From Acidimicrobiales bacterium (GTDB lineage Bacteria; Actinomycetota; Acidimicrobiia; Acidimicrobiales; RAAP-2), in NCBI GenBank assembly GCA_036796435.1, contig DAIRCY010000006.1, positions 3,604-50,700 of the forward strand: 47,097 nt of DNA, in the 5' to 3' direction. A model generated the notes under the pieces. The model saw nothing but the letters and a program-made list of their open reading frames with translations, was not told the origin of the DNA and searched no databases. Positions 25,035 through 34,780 of this stretch are shown here, in pieces. A program made the position numbers and the translations under genes. Within the stretch, counting starts at the first letter, position 1. The number at the start of each line of letters is the position of its first letter.

Positions 25035-25072
25035 CCGTCTCTCGGCTGGCCCAGTAGCCGCAACGGAGACCG

Positions 25073-26740
25073 TCACCGCTTCCGGAGGTGCCGCCGCATG
25101 GCTCGCCGCTGCGGGAGGTCGTTGCGCATGGTGGTGACCACGATCGCCGACCCGAGGGCGACGGCGACACCGAGGAAGACGACCGTGAACGCCGAGACGC
25201 CCCACCCCCTCGGACTGTGCGACGAGATCGAGAAGATCGCCGCGGCCAGCAGGAGGGCCGCGACGGCGAGGCCCGAGGCCGCCCGGTTCGCCAGCTTCTG
25301 GACGCTCCGCATGATCTCGCGCTCGTCCATCCCCTCGACTCGGATGTGGATCCTGCCGTCGGCGAGGGACTCGAGAAGGCGGTTCATCCGGTCCGGAAAC
25401 CGTTCCGCGAGCTCCTTGGCGTCGAGCGCCGCCGATACGAGCCGGCTCGGCGACGCCGCGGAGAGGAGGTGATCGCGGGTCACCGACGCGGTGTGGTCGC
25501 GGATCGCGACAGCCGGCGCGTACGTGGGTGCGAGCCGGCGCGCCACGTCGTCGAGGTTCAACAACGCCTTGCCCACCATGGAGAGCTCGGCTGCGGGACG
25601 GAGCCCGTTCTTGAGCGCGATTCGGGCGAGCTCTGCGAGTTGGCCGCCCACCTCCATCGACTCCATGTCGGCGCCGTCGAACATGGCCACGAGGGCGGAG
25701 ACGTCCCGCTGCAGGCCGTTGCGGTCGAAGTCGTCGAGGCGCTCGCCCGCGCGCTCGAGCGCGGTGGCGACCGCTGTGCCTCGTCCCTCGCCGAGCGCGG
25801 CCAACATCCGCACCAGCGTCTCTCGCAGCTCGGGCGCGATGCGCCCGGTCATGCCCACGTCCAAGAGGGCCAAGCGCCGGTCGAACGTCAGCACGACGTT
25901 TCCTGGGTGGGGATCGGCGTGGTACACGCCGCGCACCAGGATCTGGTCGAGGTAGGCCTTGAACAGCTGACTCACCAGGACCTCGCCCTCCGCCGCCGGC
26001 ACCGCTGTCGGCTCGAGGGCGCCGACGTTGGTCCCTTCCACGAGCGTCATGACGAGCAGCCGGGCGCTCGAGCACTCCTCGATGGGCACGGGCGTCACGA
26101 GCCGGTCGTAGGGCTCGACCACCTCGCCCAGCATCTTCAGGTTCGTCGCCTCGTGTCGGTAGTCGAGCTCGTCGAGGAGCGCCCGGCGGAACTCGTCGAC
26201 CATCGCGACAAGGCCTGCTCGCTGCGCGGCGCCGACGTGCTCGTCGAAGGTGGCGGCGAGCTCGCTGATCACGTCCATGTCGTCGAGGATGCGCGAGCGG
26301 ATCCCCGGACGCTGCACCTTGACGGCGACCACCCGTCCGTCCCGCAGGACCGCTCGGTGGACCTGGGCGAGCGACGCCGAGCCGAGCGGCTCGCGGTCGA
26401 CGGTTCGGAACACCGCGGAGAGCCGCGACCCGAGCTCCTCCTCTGCAACCTGTCGGACGACGTCGAAGGGAACCGGGTCCGCCTGGTCCTGAAGGCGGCG
26501 GAGGGCCTCGGTGTAGGCCGTGGGGAGGAGGTCGACCCGGCTGGACAGGAGCTGCCCGAGCTTCACGTACGTGGGGCCCATCGCCTGCAGCTCTTGGACC
26601 AGCTTGTCGGCGTCCCGCTGCAGGTCCGCGTCGTCTTCTGTCGTCTCCCGCCAATCGCCGCGCAAGGCCCCGCGATGGGCGATCAGCAGGCGAGCCAGCT
26701 CGCCGTAACGGGAGAGATGGCCCAGCTTGAGCAATGGCAC
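25073..26740 (-). CDS. ABC1/UbiB/AarF-family atypical kinase with a C-terminal TM region
   Basis: ORF 25073..26740. GPTYVKLGQLLSSR, SASLAQVHRA...VAVKVQRPG, HADPHPGN. Confidence 0.9.
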   Translation of the reverse strand: MPLLKLGHLSRYGELARLLIAHRGALRGDWRETTEDDADLQRDADKLVQELQAMGPTYVKLGQLLSSRVDLLPTAYTEALRRLQDQADPVPFDVVRQVAEEELGSRLSAVFRTVDREPLGSASLAQVHRAVLRDGRVVAVKVQRPGIRSRILDDMDVISELAATFDEHVGAAQRAGLVAMVDEFRRALLDELDYRHEATNLKMLGEVVEPYDRLVTPVPIEECSSARLLVMTLVEGTNVGALEPTAVPAAEGEVLVSQLFKAYLDQILVRGVYHADPHPGNVVLTFDRRLALLDVGMTGRIAPELRETLVRMLAALGEGRGTAVATALERAGERLDDFDRNGLQRDVSALVAMFDGADMESMEVGGQLAELARIALKNGLRPAAELSMVGKALLNLDDVARRLAPTYAPAVAIRDHTASVTRDHLLSAASPSRLVSAALDAKELAERFPDRMNRLLESLADGRIHIRVEGMDEREIMRSVQKLANRAASGLAVAALLLAAAIFSISSHSPRGWGVSAFTVVFLGVAVALGSAIVVTTMRNDLPQRRAMRRHLRKR

Positions 26741-26813
26741 GTGGGATGCCCTACCCGCAGGCGTCTTTGAGCCAACGGCCGTGACCGAACCGGCCTTCGT
26801 GTGCTGGCCAGAT

Positions 26814-29327
26814 TCAGGCGAGCGCCGTGCCGAGCGTCGGGCGCTCGCGCAGCGCGAGGCGCGAGGAGGCAGCGAACCATTCGAGCGCCTGCTCGATCAT
26901 GCGCTGACCCGCAGGCAGGACGTGACCCCGGTGGAACTCGGTCGCTTTCTCCACGGCGTCGAGGTCGCCGACCTGGAACAAGAGACCCAAACCGAGGGTC
27001 GCATGAAGCATGGCGGGGACCCGCTCGGCCGTCGCGTCCCAGTCCTGCGTGACTGCGGACCAGACCGCGAGGCCCCCGACGCGGTTTGCCATGAGCTGGT
27101 AGAGCACCATCGGAGCGTCCTGCGCCCGGAAGGTGTCGAAGACCTCGTCGTAGGCGCGCAGGACCATCTCGCGGTCGGTGAACAGCGTCAGCGCCTGCTG
27201 GTAGCGCCGTTCGACCTGCGGGTCCTCGGCTGCCTTGAACCGCCGGACGAACTCGTCGTAGTCACCCGTGCGGTTGAGGCTCGCCACGACCGCGAGGACC
27301 GGCACCGCGAGATCTCCCTCGAGCTCGCCTCGCTCGAAGCGTCGCACCGCCTCGGCTCTCACGTCTGCGTCCTCACCCGTGGTACCGAGCCTCCTCACGA
27401 CCGTCGCGCGCAGCACGTTGGTCCGCTCGTCCTCACCAAGCACCGGTGTCCACCCGAGCTCGGCGAACAGCGGCCCCATGAGCGCGCGCACCTTCGCCGC
27501 AAGGAGGGGCCGCTGGTCGGCCGTCACCGCCCGGTCGAGGAAGTCGAGCATGCGGTCGAGCGTCTCCCAGACACGCGGCTCGACGGCGGTGCCGAGCCTG
27601 GACGCGATCGCGAGCACGTCCGCCACCCTGCGCTCGCCCGCGTAGGCCAGCGCGATGGTGTCCCCGACGAGCACCGACCGCTCGACCTCGGTGAGCACGG
27701 CGAGGTGTTCGATGACTGCCTGGAGCTGCGCCGGGCTGTAGTTCGTGCGGTACACGCCGGCGCCACCGGCGTTCAGGAACGTCGCGGCGTCGGCCTCGAA
27801 CGGCTCGCTCGCCTCCGCGAGGAGCCGCGCCGACGTGTGCCCCGTGGTGAGGGTCCGCTCCACGATCGGGACCAGCCACCGGTCGCCGATCGCCGAGTCG
27901 CCGGCGGCCGGGCCGAGGGTGAAGGGTCGCTGGGCGAGCGACGAGGCGCTCACCGTCACGATGGGGTGACCGCCCTGGTAGAGCCAGGAGCTCATGATCT
28001 CCCGGACCGGCCGGTCCGACACGGCTTCGAGCGACGCCCACAGGTCCTCGGTGACGGTGTTGCCGTAGGCGTGGGCCTGGAGGTAGTGCCGGATGCCTTC
28101 CCTGAACACGTCGGGGGACAGGTACTGCTCCAGCATCCGCAGCACGCTGCTCCCCTTCTGGTACGTGATCGGGTCGGCCATCGCCATGGCCTCTTGCGGG
28201 GAGCGCACCGGGAACTCGATCGGCCGGGTGGTGTGGACGGAGTCCAGGACCATCCCCGTCTCGCGCTCGCCGGCGAAGCGCGCCCACATGTCCCAGTCGG
28301 GGCGGAACCGGTCGACACAGACGTATTGCATGAAGGTGGCGAACGCCTCGTTCAACCAGAGCCCCTCCCACCACTCCATGGTGACCAGGTCGCCGAACCA
28401 CATGTGCGCAAGCTCGTGGGCGACCACCATCGCGACTCGCACGAGCTCGTTCTGCGAGGCGGTGGCGGGGTCGGCCAGCAGCTCGACCTCGCGGAAGGTG
28501 ACGCAGCCGAGGTTCTCCATCGCGCCCGCCGCGAAGTCGGGGATTGCGAGGAGGTCGACCTTGTCGCCCGGGTACGGGATGCCGAAGTACTCCCGGAAGC
28601 AGCGCAGGGAGAACTCCCCGATGTCGAGCGCGAACGCGGTCAGCTGCTCCTTTCCAGCCCGGTAGACGACACGGAGCGGCACGCCTTCGACGTCGCGTGC
28701 GGCCGTCTGCTCGAAGGGTCCGACGACGTACGCGACGAGATAGGTCGACATCTTCATCGTCCGCACGAAGCGGATCTCGCGCCGCCCGTCTTCGAGCGCC
28801 CGCTCCTCCGCGGGCGCCGAGTTCGAGAACGCGGCCATCTCCTCGGGCACGACGAGCGTCACCTCGAACGTCGCCTTGAAGGCAGGCTCGTCGAAGCACG
28901 GGAAGGCCCGCCGGGCGTCGGTCATCTCGAACTGCGTCGTCGCGATGGTCCGCGTCCGGCCCGCCTCGTCCTCGAAGGTCGAGCGGTAGAAGCCAGCCAG
29001 CTCGTCGTTCAGCACCCCCTTGAACGCGATCGAGAGGGTGCCGATGCCCGGACCGACCTCGGTCGCAAACGCGAGCACGGCGCGCTGGTGCTCGGGGTCG
29101 AGGGTCGCCGTCCCCACCTCGGACTTGCCGTCGGCGTCGCGCAGCACGGGGGTCTCGAGCTCGAGCTGATGGGCGTGCAGGACGATGCTCGGCACCGGCC
29201 CGGGCATTTCGACGTCGATCTCCACCGTGCCGGTGAACGACGCAGCGTCGAGGTCGGGTTCGACGCGGAGCCGGTACGCGCTGGGAACGACGCTTCTCGG
29301 GAGCCGTTCGGTTGTCGTCGTCGTCAC
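26814..29327 (-). CDS. pepN: Aminopeptidase N (M1 family)
   Basis: ORF 26814..29327. GAMEN exopeptidase motif (AAGAMENLG). Zinc site HELAHMWFGDLVT...WLNEAFA. GTG start. Confidence 0.95.
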   Translation of the reverse strand: MTTTTTERLPRSVVPSAYRLRVEPDLDAASFTGTVEIDVEMPGPVPSIVLHAHQLELETPVLRDADGKSEVGTATLDPEHQRAVLAFATEVGPGIGTLSIAFKGVLNDELAGFYRSTFEDEAGRTRTIATTQFEMTDARRAFPCFDEPAFKATFEVTLVVPEEMAAFSNSAPAEERALEDGRREIRFVRTMKMSTYLVAYVVGPFEQTAARDVEGVPLRVVYRAGKEQLTAFALDIGEFSLRCFREYFGIPYPGDKVDLLAIPDFAAGAMENLGCVTFREVELLADPATASQNELVRVAMVVAHELAHMWFGDLVTMEWWEGLWLNEAFATFMQYVCVDRFRPDWDMWARFAGERETGMVLDSVHTTRPIEFPVRSPQEAMAMADPITYQKGSSVLRMLEQYLSPDVFREGIRHYLQAHAYGNTVTEDLWASLEAVSDRPVREIMSSWLYQGGHPIVTVSASSLAQRPFTLGPAAGDSAIGDRWLVPIVERTLTTGHTSARLLAEASEPFEADAATFLNAGGAGVYRTNYSPAQLQAVIEHLAVLTEVERSVLVGDTIALAYAGERRVADVLAIASRLGTAVEPRVWETLDRMLDFLDRAVTADQRPLLAAKVRALMGPLFAELGWTPVLGEDERTNVLRATVVRRLGTTGEDADVRAEAVRRFERGELEGDLAVPVLAVVASLNRTGDYDEFVRRFKAAEDPQVERRYQQALTLFTDREMVLRAYDEVFDTFRAQDAPMVLYQLMANRVGGLAVWSAVTQDWDATAERVPAMLHATLGLGLLFQVGDLDAVEKATEFHRGHVLPAGQRMIEQALEWFAASSRLALRERPTLGTALA

Positions 29328-29348
29328 GGAGGGCTCACGCCCGTGACG

Positions 29349-30494
29349 TTAGTGAGCTCGCGGGTGCAGGACCACCTTGGTCCAGCCGTCCTCGCGCTTG
29401 TCGAAGTGGCGGAATGCGTCGGGGCCTTCTTCGAGGGACAGCTCGTGGGAGACGATGAACGAGGGCGTGGCCTTCCCCGAGACGATCAGGTCGCGCAGGG
29501 CGCGGTTGTACCGCTTCACGGGCGTCTGGCCCGTCCCGACCGACTGGCCCCTCGCGAAGAGCGATCCGAAGTCGAAGGCGACCCGGCCTTCCTTCGCCAG
29601 CTCGTTCTCGGCGCCGGGGTCCTCGGGCACGTACACCCCCACGACCCCGATGCCCCCGGTCGCCCGGACGACCTTCACCAAGTTGTCGAGCACCATCTCG
29701 GGGTGCTCCTCGCCGCTCGGGTCGTGAGCCTGGTAGCCGACCGCCTCCACGCCCCGGTCGACCCCGCGCCCATCCGTCGCGTCGAGGATCTGCTCGACCG
29801 GGTCCGCTTCGGCGATGTCGATGGCCTCCGCGCCGATCTTGGCGGCGAGCGCGAGGCGGTCCTTCTCCTTGTCGACCACCCAGACGGCCGACGCCCCCAT
29901 GATCATGGCGCTGTGGGCGGCCATGAGGCCGACGGGTCCCGCTCCAAACACGGCGACGCGGTCCCCCGGCTGCACGCCGGCCAGAACGCAGCCGTGCCAC
30001 CCCGTCGGGAAGATGTCCGAGAGCATGGCGAAGTCGAGCTCGTGGTCGTGGCCGGGCGGCAGCTTCAAGAGATTGAAGTCGGCGAAGGGCACGCGGAGGA
30101 GCTCCGCCTGGCCGCCCTGGTACGGGCCCATCTTGGCGTAGCCGTAGGCGGCGCCGTCCACGCCTTCGGTCGGGTTCGTCCTCAAGCAGAACGAGGTCCA
30201 GCCCGCGTCGCAGTTCCGGCACGTGCCGCACGCGATGTTGAACGGCACCGACACCCTGTCCCCCACCCGGACCCGCTCGACGCTCCCGCCGACCTCCTCG
30301 ACGATCCCCATGTTCTCGTGACCGAGGATCTTTCCCTCCTCGACGCCCGCGCGGCCCTCGTACATGTGGAGGTCGGAGCCGCAGATGTTCGTGGACGTGA
30401 TCCGCACGATGGCGTCGAGCGGACCTTCGATGCGGGGATCCGGCTCCGTCTCGAGCTCCACCGAGAACGGACCCTTGAACACGATCGCCTTCAT
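29349..30494 (-). CDS. Zn-dependent alcohol dehydrogenase, glutathione-independent formaldehyde dehydrogenase-like
   Basis: Internal ATG of ORF 29349..32084, preceded by GGGAGG. ICGSDLHMYEG, GHENMG, CGTCRNC, VFGAGPVG. Confidence 0.9.
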   Translation of the reverse strand: MKAIVFKGPFSVELETEPDPRIEGPLDAIVRITSTNICGSDLHMYEGRAGVEEGKILGHENMGIVEEVGGSVERVRVGDRVSVPFNIACGTCRNCDAGWTSFCLRTNPTEGVDGAAYGYAKMGPYQGGQAELLRVPFADFNLLKLPPGHDHELDFAMLSDIFPTGWHGCVLAGVQPGDRVAVFGAGPVGLMAAHSAMIMGASAVWVVDKEKDRLALAAKIGAEAIDIAEADPVEQILDATDGRGVDRGVEAVGYQAHDPSGEEHPEMVLDNLVKVVRATGGIGVVGVYVPEDPGAENELAKEGRVAFDFGSLFARGQSVGTGQTPVKRYNRALRDLIVSGKATPSFIVSHELSLEEGPDAFRHFDKREDGWTKVVLHPRAH

Positions 30495-30595
30495 CGAGCT
30501 ACCTCCCTGGTCGCCGTCGGGGCCCGTCTTGGGGCCTCTTGCGGAACTTACCCAGTCCGACGGATCGTGCGACCTCTGCGGATCGAGACGGGCGC

Positions 30596-31381
30596 TCAAG
30601 ACGAAGGCGGCTGCACCGGCCCAGCCGTCAGCGACTCGAAGAAGGAGGACGGGGTGGCGCCGGTCTCCCGCCGGAACGCGGCGACGAACGCGCTCACCGA
30701 CTCGTAGCCGACCGCATGGGCGACAGCGCTCACCGACGCGCCGGCGGCGAGCTCGACGAGCGCGCTGCGCAGCCGCAGACGCGTTCGCCAGCGGCCGAAG
30801 GGGAGCCCGGTGTCGGTGAGGAAGACCCTGGCGAGGGTGCGCTCGCTCGCGCCCACCTCCCGTCCCCACTCCTCGAGCGTGCGGCCGTCGGAGGGAGCGG
30901 CCCGCAGCGCGGCTGCGACTTCGCGGGCGCGTTCGTCGCGCGGGGTCGGGACGTCGATCGTCGCCATCGTCACGGGCCGCAGCAGGTCGACGAGGACGGC
31001 CTCGGCACGCGCCCGCACGTCGGCGCCGAGGCCCTCGTCGGCCAGGTAACCGATCAGCGAACCGAGCAACGGCCCGGCAGCGACGGGGGTGCAGTCCGAC
31101 CAGGTGATCGGGCAGAGGTCCGGACGCAGGTACACCGCCTGCATCGTCGCCGACGTGGCCGAGAGGACCTCGTGGTGCACGCCGGCGGGGATGAACAGCG
31201 CGCGCGTCGGGGGGAGCACCCATGCGGTCGCGTCGGTCCGTACGGTGAGCACCCCGCTCGGCGCCCAGGCCAGCTGATGGTCGCGGTGGACGTGCCAGTC
31301 GAAGACGGATCCCCGTGGCATCGGGAAGCTCACGACGACCAGCGCCTGCTCCTGCCCGGGACACTGTCCGTCCAGCGACAT
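30596..31381 (-). CDS. AraC-family transcriptional regulator with an N-terminal cupin domain
   Basis: Internal ATG of ORF 30596..31513 (MSLDGQ...). C-terminal HTH ...SVSAVAHAVGYESVSAFVAAFRRETGATP. Confidence 0.85.
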   Translation of the reverse strand: MSLDGQCPGQEQALVVVSFPMPRGSVFDWHVHRDHQLAWAPSGVLTVRTDATAWVLPPTRALFIPAGVHHEVLSATSATMQAVYLRPDLCPITWSDCTPVAAGPLLGSLIGYLADEGLGADVRARAEAVLVDLLRPVTMATIDVPTPRDERAREVAAALRAAPSDGRTLEEWGREVGASERTLARVFLTDTGLPFGRWRTRLRLRSALVELAAGASVSAVAHAVGYESVSAFVAAFRRETGATPSSFFESLTAGPVQPPSS

Positions 31382-31427
31382 CGAACGGCAGGCTAGGCCC
31401 TTTTGCCCATGTCCCGCTTTCCTTATC

Positions 31428-32018
31428 GTGGACCGCGTGAACGAGAACCATGCGCTGTGCGCAACGAAAGAGTGGTCGGAGCATCTTCGCGACGAGGTGA
31501 TCGGCTTCGTCACGGCGCACGCCGACCTCGGAGAGACGATGCTCGAGATCGGCCCGGGACCGGGTGCGGCGACCGAGTGGCTGCGTCACGAAGTGAAGCG
31601 GCTCGTCGCACTGGAGGTGGACCGCACGGTCGCGGCCGCGCTCGCCGCGCGCTTCGAGGGGACGAACGTCCACGTGGTCGTGGGAGACGCAACCCGGCTC
31701 GACTTCCCCGACGCATCCTTCGACTCCGCCGGCTGCTTCACCATGCTCCACCACGTGCCGACCGCCGAGCTTCAGAATGCGATCCTCACCGAGGTGCGTC
31801 GCGTGTTGCGTGCCGGCGGCGTCCTCGTCGCATCGGACAGCCTCCCGAGCAACGGGCTGCACGAGTTCCACGCCGGCGACGTCTACAACCCCGTCGAACC
31901 GGGCTCCCTCATCGCAAGGCTGGCGGCACTCGGCTTCGACCGCCTCACCGTGGCCGTCGACGACAACCTGAAGTTCATCGCCCACAAGCCGGACCCCGAC
32001 GCCGGCACCACATCGTGA
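31428..32018 (+). CDS. Class I SAM-dependent methyltransferase
   Basis: ORF 31428..32018. Motif I MLEIGPGPGAAT; a later LRAGGVLV segment. Confidence 0.85.
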   Translation: MDRVNENHALCATKEWSEHLRDEVIGFVTAHADLGETMLEIGPGPGAATEWLRHEVKRLVALEVDRTVAAALAARFEGTNVHVVVGDATRLDFPDASFDSAGCFTMLHHVPTAELQNAILTEVRRVLRAGGVLVASDSLPSNGLHEFHAGDVYNPVEPGSLIARLAALGFDRLTVAVDDNLKFIAHKPDPDAGTTS

Positions 32019-32527
32019 CCCTCCCCTACGTCGAGCCCCTGACGAGCAGAGCGCCCGGTGCGCGCGTCGTGCCCGAGCCCCCACGCCGCGGGGAGCCGGG
32101 AGGCGAGCCCTGCGGCATCTGCGGCGGCCAGGCGTCCGCTCCCGTCTGGTCCGACGGCCTGTGGTCCCTCCCCCCGCCGGTCGGCGGGTCGCTGCCCGGC
32201 ACCGTCTGGCTTGCGAGCCGGGCGCACGTCGACTCGTTTTGCGACCTCCCCCCCGAAGCCGCCAAGGACTTCGGCCGGATCGCGGCGTCCGTCGAGCGGG
32301 GGATCCTTGGTCTCGGCGGCGTGGGCCGCGTCCACCTCTACCGCTGGGGAGACGGCGGGGCGCACTTCCACGTGTGGCTCATCCCACGACCGCTCGGGAT
32401 GCTCGAAGCGCGCAACATGATGCTCCCACTGTGGGAGGACGTGCTGCCGAACGTCTCGGACGAGGATCTCAGGGAGGCGGCTGAAAGGGTCGCGCGCGCG
32501 GTCGAGGAAGACCGGGCGACCCGCTGA
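32015..32527 (+). CDS. HIT-family-like protein
   Basis: In-frame part of ORF 31403..32527. GTG at 32015 overlaps the upstream stop (GTGA). The histidine-triad-like segment is GGAHFHVWLIPRP. Confidence 0.6.
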   Translation: MTLPYVEPLTSRAPGARVVPEPPRRGEPGGEPCGICGGQASAPVWSDGLWSLPPPVGGSLPGTVWLASRAHVDSFCDLPPEAAKDFGRIAASVERGILGLGGVGRVHLYRWGDGGAHFHVWLIPRPLGMLEARNMMLPLWEDVLPNVSDEDLREAAERVARAVEEDRATR

Positions 32528-32537
32528 ACGGACCGAC

Positions 32538-32843
32538 GTGGACCTCACCGAACTGAGCGCCCTTGCGGCGCGTCTCGACGGCGTCCGCCGGTCGAGCGTC
32601 GACGGCGTCGTCGAGTGGCGGTACCGGGGACGGATCGTCGCCCGCGACCTCGGCGAGGGCCGCGTCGTGTTCCGCTGCGACTTCGACCGTCGGGACGCGC
32701 TGCGCCGAGCGTTCCCCGACACGTTCAGCGCGCCGGGGAGGTACGCGAAGCACATGATGGTCGTCGCCGACCTCGCCCACGGCGATGCGGGGGCGATCGA
32801 AGACGCCCTCGAAGAAGCGTGGCTGCTGCAACGACGCTCGTGA
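32538..32843 (+). CDS. MmcQ/YjbR-family small protein
   Basis: ORF 32538..32843. Its size and the pattern ...EWRYRGRIVAR...KHMMVV... resemble the YjbR family. This is a weak call made by eye. Confidence 0.5.
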   Translation: MDLTELSALAARLDGVRRSSVDGVVEWRYRGRIVARDLGEGRVVFRCDFDRRDALRRAFPDTFSAPGRYAKHMMVVADLAHGDAGAIEDALEEAWLLQRRS

Positions 32844-32849
32844 CGTCGA

Positions 32850-32869
32850 GGCCGGCTGGGCGGCCGGCC
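32850..32869. terminator. GC-rich hairpin between convergent genes (GGCCGGC, 6-nt loop, GCCGGCC); no U-tract
   Basis: 7-bp perfect stem, 32850-32856 paired with 32863-32869, located between the stops at 32843 (+) and 32885 (-). Confidence 0.35.
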
Positions 32870-32884
32870 CGATCCGCCAGGCTG

Positions 32885-33133
32885 TCAGCGGGCGGCGAGC
32901 CGTCGCAGCGGCGGAAGCGTGGGCGGTGGTTGCCGGCGTGGCGGGAGGCCGTCGAGCAGGCGTGCGGTCGCGCGCGCGATCTCGGCAACGGCTTCTTCGA
33001 CTGCGGTGTCGCTGGCAGCCGACGTGCGCGCGACGCCGCTCACCTTCCGGACGTACTGACGGGCGGCCGCTTCGATCTCTTCGGGCGTCGCCGCCGGCTC
33101 GAGGCCGCGCAAGGTGGTGATGTTCCTGCACAT
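32885..33133 (-). CDS. DUF2277-like small protein
   Basis: Internal ATG of ORF 32885..33460. MCRNITTLRGLEPAATPEEIEAAARQYVRKVSG is typical of this family as I remember it. Confidence 0.7.
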   Translation of the reverse strand: MCRNITTLRGLEPAATPEEIEAAARQYVRKVSGVARTSAASDTAVEEAVAEIARATARLLDGLPPRRQPPPTLPPLRRLAAR

Positions 33134-33152
33134 GCAGACAGCGTACGGCCCG

Positions 33153-34151
33153 TCACTCGGAGCCGTCGTCGACGCTCCCGAGCCGCTCCGCCCCCTCCAA
33201 GGTGCCCTCGAGCAGCTCGACGTCCTGCGGGCCGTCGAAGACCGCGACGAACAGACAGCCCTCCTCGCCCGCGGGTGCGTGGTCCATCGCGGTCCCGGCC
33301 GGGAAGTGGCAGTACGAGCCCGGCCCGACCCGCCGGCCGTTGACCTCGAGCTCGCCGTCCAGGACGACGAAGGTGTGCGCGGCGCTGTGGCGGTGCCTCG
33401 CCGCGACAAGCTGCGGTGGGTAGCGGACGAGGTAGTGCTCGGCCCCGGTGACGGGATCACGGAAGAGGAGGCTGACCCCGACCGGCCGGTCGTAGATGGC
33501 GACGTCCGCGTCTCGAAGATCGGTTCGGGCCAGGTGGTCGACGACGACCGCTGCGGGGACGGGGGCGCGCAGGTGCGGGCAACCGTCCGCGTGCTGCGCC
33601 CGCCACTCGTCTCCGAGCATCCCGAAGTCCAGCTCGTCGCTCCACACCCCCTTGAACCACTCGTTCTCTCTCAGGTGCGCCTCCTGGCGGAAGCCGAGCC
33701 TTCTCAGCAAGCGGGCCGAGGCGACGTTGCGAAGGTCGACCCTCGCCATCACGCGGTGGAGGCCGAGGTCGTCGAACGCGAGGTGGAGCATCCGGTGGGC
33801 GGCCTCGGTCGCGTAGCCGCGGCCGCCGTGGCCGGGATGGAACATGTAGCCGATCTCCCCGCTCCGATGCTCCTCTGAAAGCCACCTGAGGACGACGTCG
33901 CCGACCAGATCCCCGGTGTCGGCCAGCTCCACGCCGAGCAGGAGGAACTGCCCCGCGTGCTCGACGTCGCCGCGCCCGAAGCGCTCGGCGAAGCCGGTGC
34001 GGATGCCCTCTGCGTCCATCGCCTCGCCCGGCACGTACGAGAACACCTCGGGCAGCGAGCGGTACGCCGCGAGTCCGTCGACGTCGGCTTCGGAGAGCGG
34101 TCGCAACAGGAGCCGCTCCGTCCGGATCGGGTAGCGCGCGCCGAGCACCAT
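33153..34151 (-). CDS. GNAT N-acetyltransferase (RimJ/RimL-like) fused to a C-terminal cupin-like domain
   Basis: ORF 33153..34169; I prefer ATG 34151. IRTERLLLRPLSEADV..., ...GYMFHPGHGGRGYATEA... (GNAT), then ...HRHSAAHTFVVLDGELEVNGR... (cupin-like). Confidence 0.75.
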   Translation of the reverse strand: MVLGARYPIRTERLLLRPLSEADVDGLAAYRSLPEVFSYVPGEAMDAEGIRTGFAERFGRGDVEHAGQFLLLGVELADTGDLVGDVVLRWLSEEHRSGEIGYMFHPGHGGRGYATEAAHRMLHLAFDDLGLHRVMARVDLRNVASARLLRRLGFRQEAHLRENEWFKGVWSDELDFGMLGDEWRAQHADGCPHLRAPVPAAVVVDHLARTDLRDADVAIYDRPVGVSLLFRDPVTGAEHYLVRYPPQLVAARHRHSAAHTFVVLDGELEVNGRRVGPGSYCHFPAGTAMDHAPAGEEGCLFVAVFDGPQDVELLEGTLEGAERLGSVDDGSE

Positions 34152-34155
34152 CGCG

Positions 34156-34779
34156 TCAGCGTTGCACAAGGGTGTGCAGCGCCGTCACGGTCGCCCAGTT
34201 GCGCGCGGTGCCCTCGCGCATGGGGGTCGCGTTCGCACCGCCTCGCTCGAGCTCGCCGCGCAGCACGCTGCGGCCGAAACCGTCGGGCGTCCACAGGTAG
34301 AGCACCCGATCGACGAGCCGGGCGTCATCCCGGCTCCCTTTGGACCTCGCACGGTCGACGGCGGCGGCGACCGATGAACGGCCAGGTTCCCCCGGCGGCT
34401 CGCGCAGGAAGATTGCGTGAAGCGCTCGGAGGTCCGTCACCTGGGGAAAGGGACTGGCCGCGATGACGTCACCGAGCTGCGCCGCGCCGAGCACGACCAC
34501 CGCGGCCGCGACGCCGGTCCGCTCGGCGATCACCTTTTCGAGCTCCCACGCGATCGCCGCGTCCTCGGAGCGCCCGGGGGCTCGCGCCGCGCGGAACACG
34601 ACGTTGCCGCTCTGGATGTAGGTGACGACGTCGGTGTGGCCGAGAGACTCGACGGCCTCCCGCAGGGCCGGCATCGCGAGCTTGTCGCGCCCGGCGAGGT
34701 TCACCGCGCGCAGGAGGCCGACGTGGCTTCTCTGGTACTCGGCCGTCGGCGGGGGCGGTGTGCTCGTCTTCTTCGCCAC
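34156..34779 (-). CDS. DUF1697-family protein
   Basis: C-terminal part of ORF 34156..35169. ...VGLLRAVNLAGRDKLAMPALREAVESLGHTDVVTYIQSGNVVF.... The GTG start at 34779 is tentative. Confidence 0.7.
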   Translation of the reverse strand: MAKKTSTPPPPTAEYQRSHVGLLRAVNLAGRDKLAMPALREAVESLGHTDVVTYIQSGNVVFRAARAPGRSEDAAIAWELEKVIAERTGVAAAVVVLGAAQLGDVIAASPFPQVTDLRALHAIFLREPPGEPGRSSVAAAVDRARSKGSRDDARLVDRVLYLWTPDGFGRSVLRGELERGGANATPMREGTARNWATVTALHTLVQR

Positions 34780-34780
34780 G

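Noticed and set aside
25035-25072. Possible bidirectional terminator between the GH3 gene and the ABC1 kinase gene
   Set aside because: Only two short 5-bp stems are interrupted by asymmetric loops (GTCTC...CGGCT...AGCCG...GAGAC). This is too weak to call.
26727-30707. Very long plus-strand ORF (1326 aa)
   Set aside because: It runs antisense to pepN and the Zn-ADH, both of which carry unmistakable motifs (GAMEN, HEXXH, GHENMG). Its translation is Arg/Gly/His/Asp/Pro-rich low-complexity sequence with no recognisable domain. This is a typical shadow ORF of high-G+C DNA.
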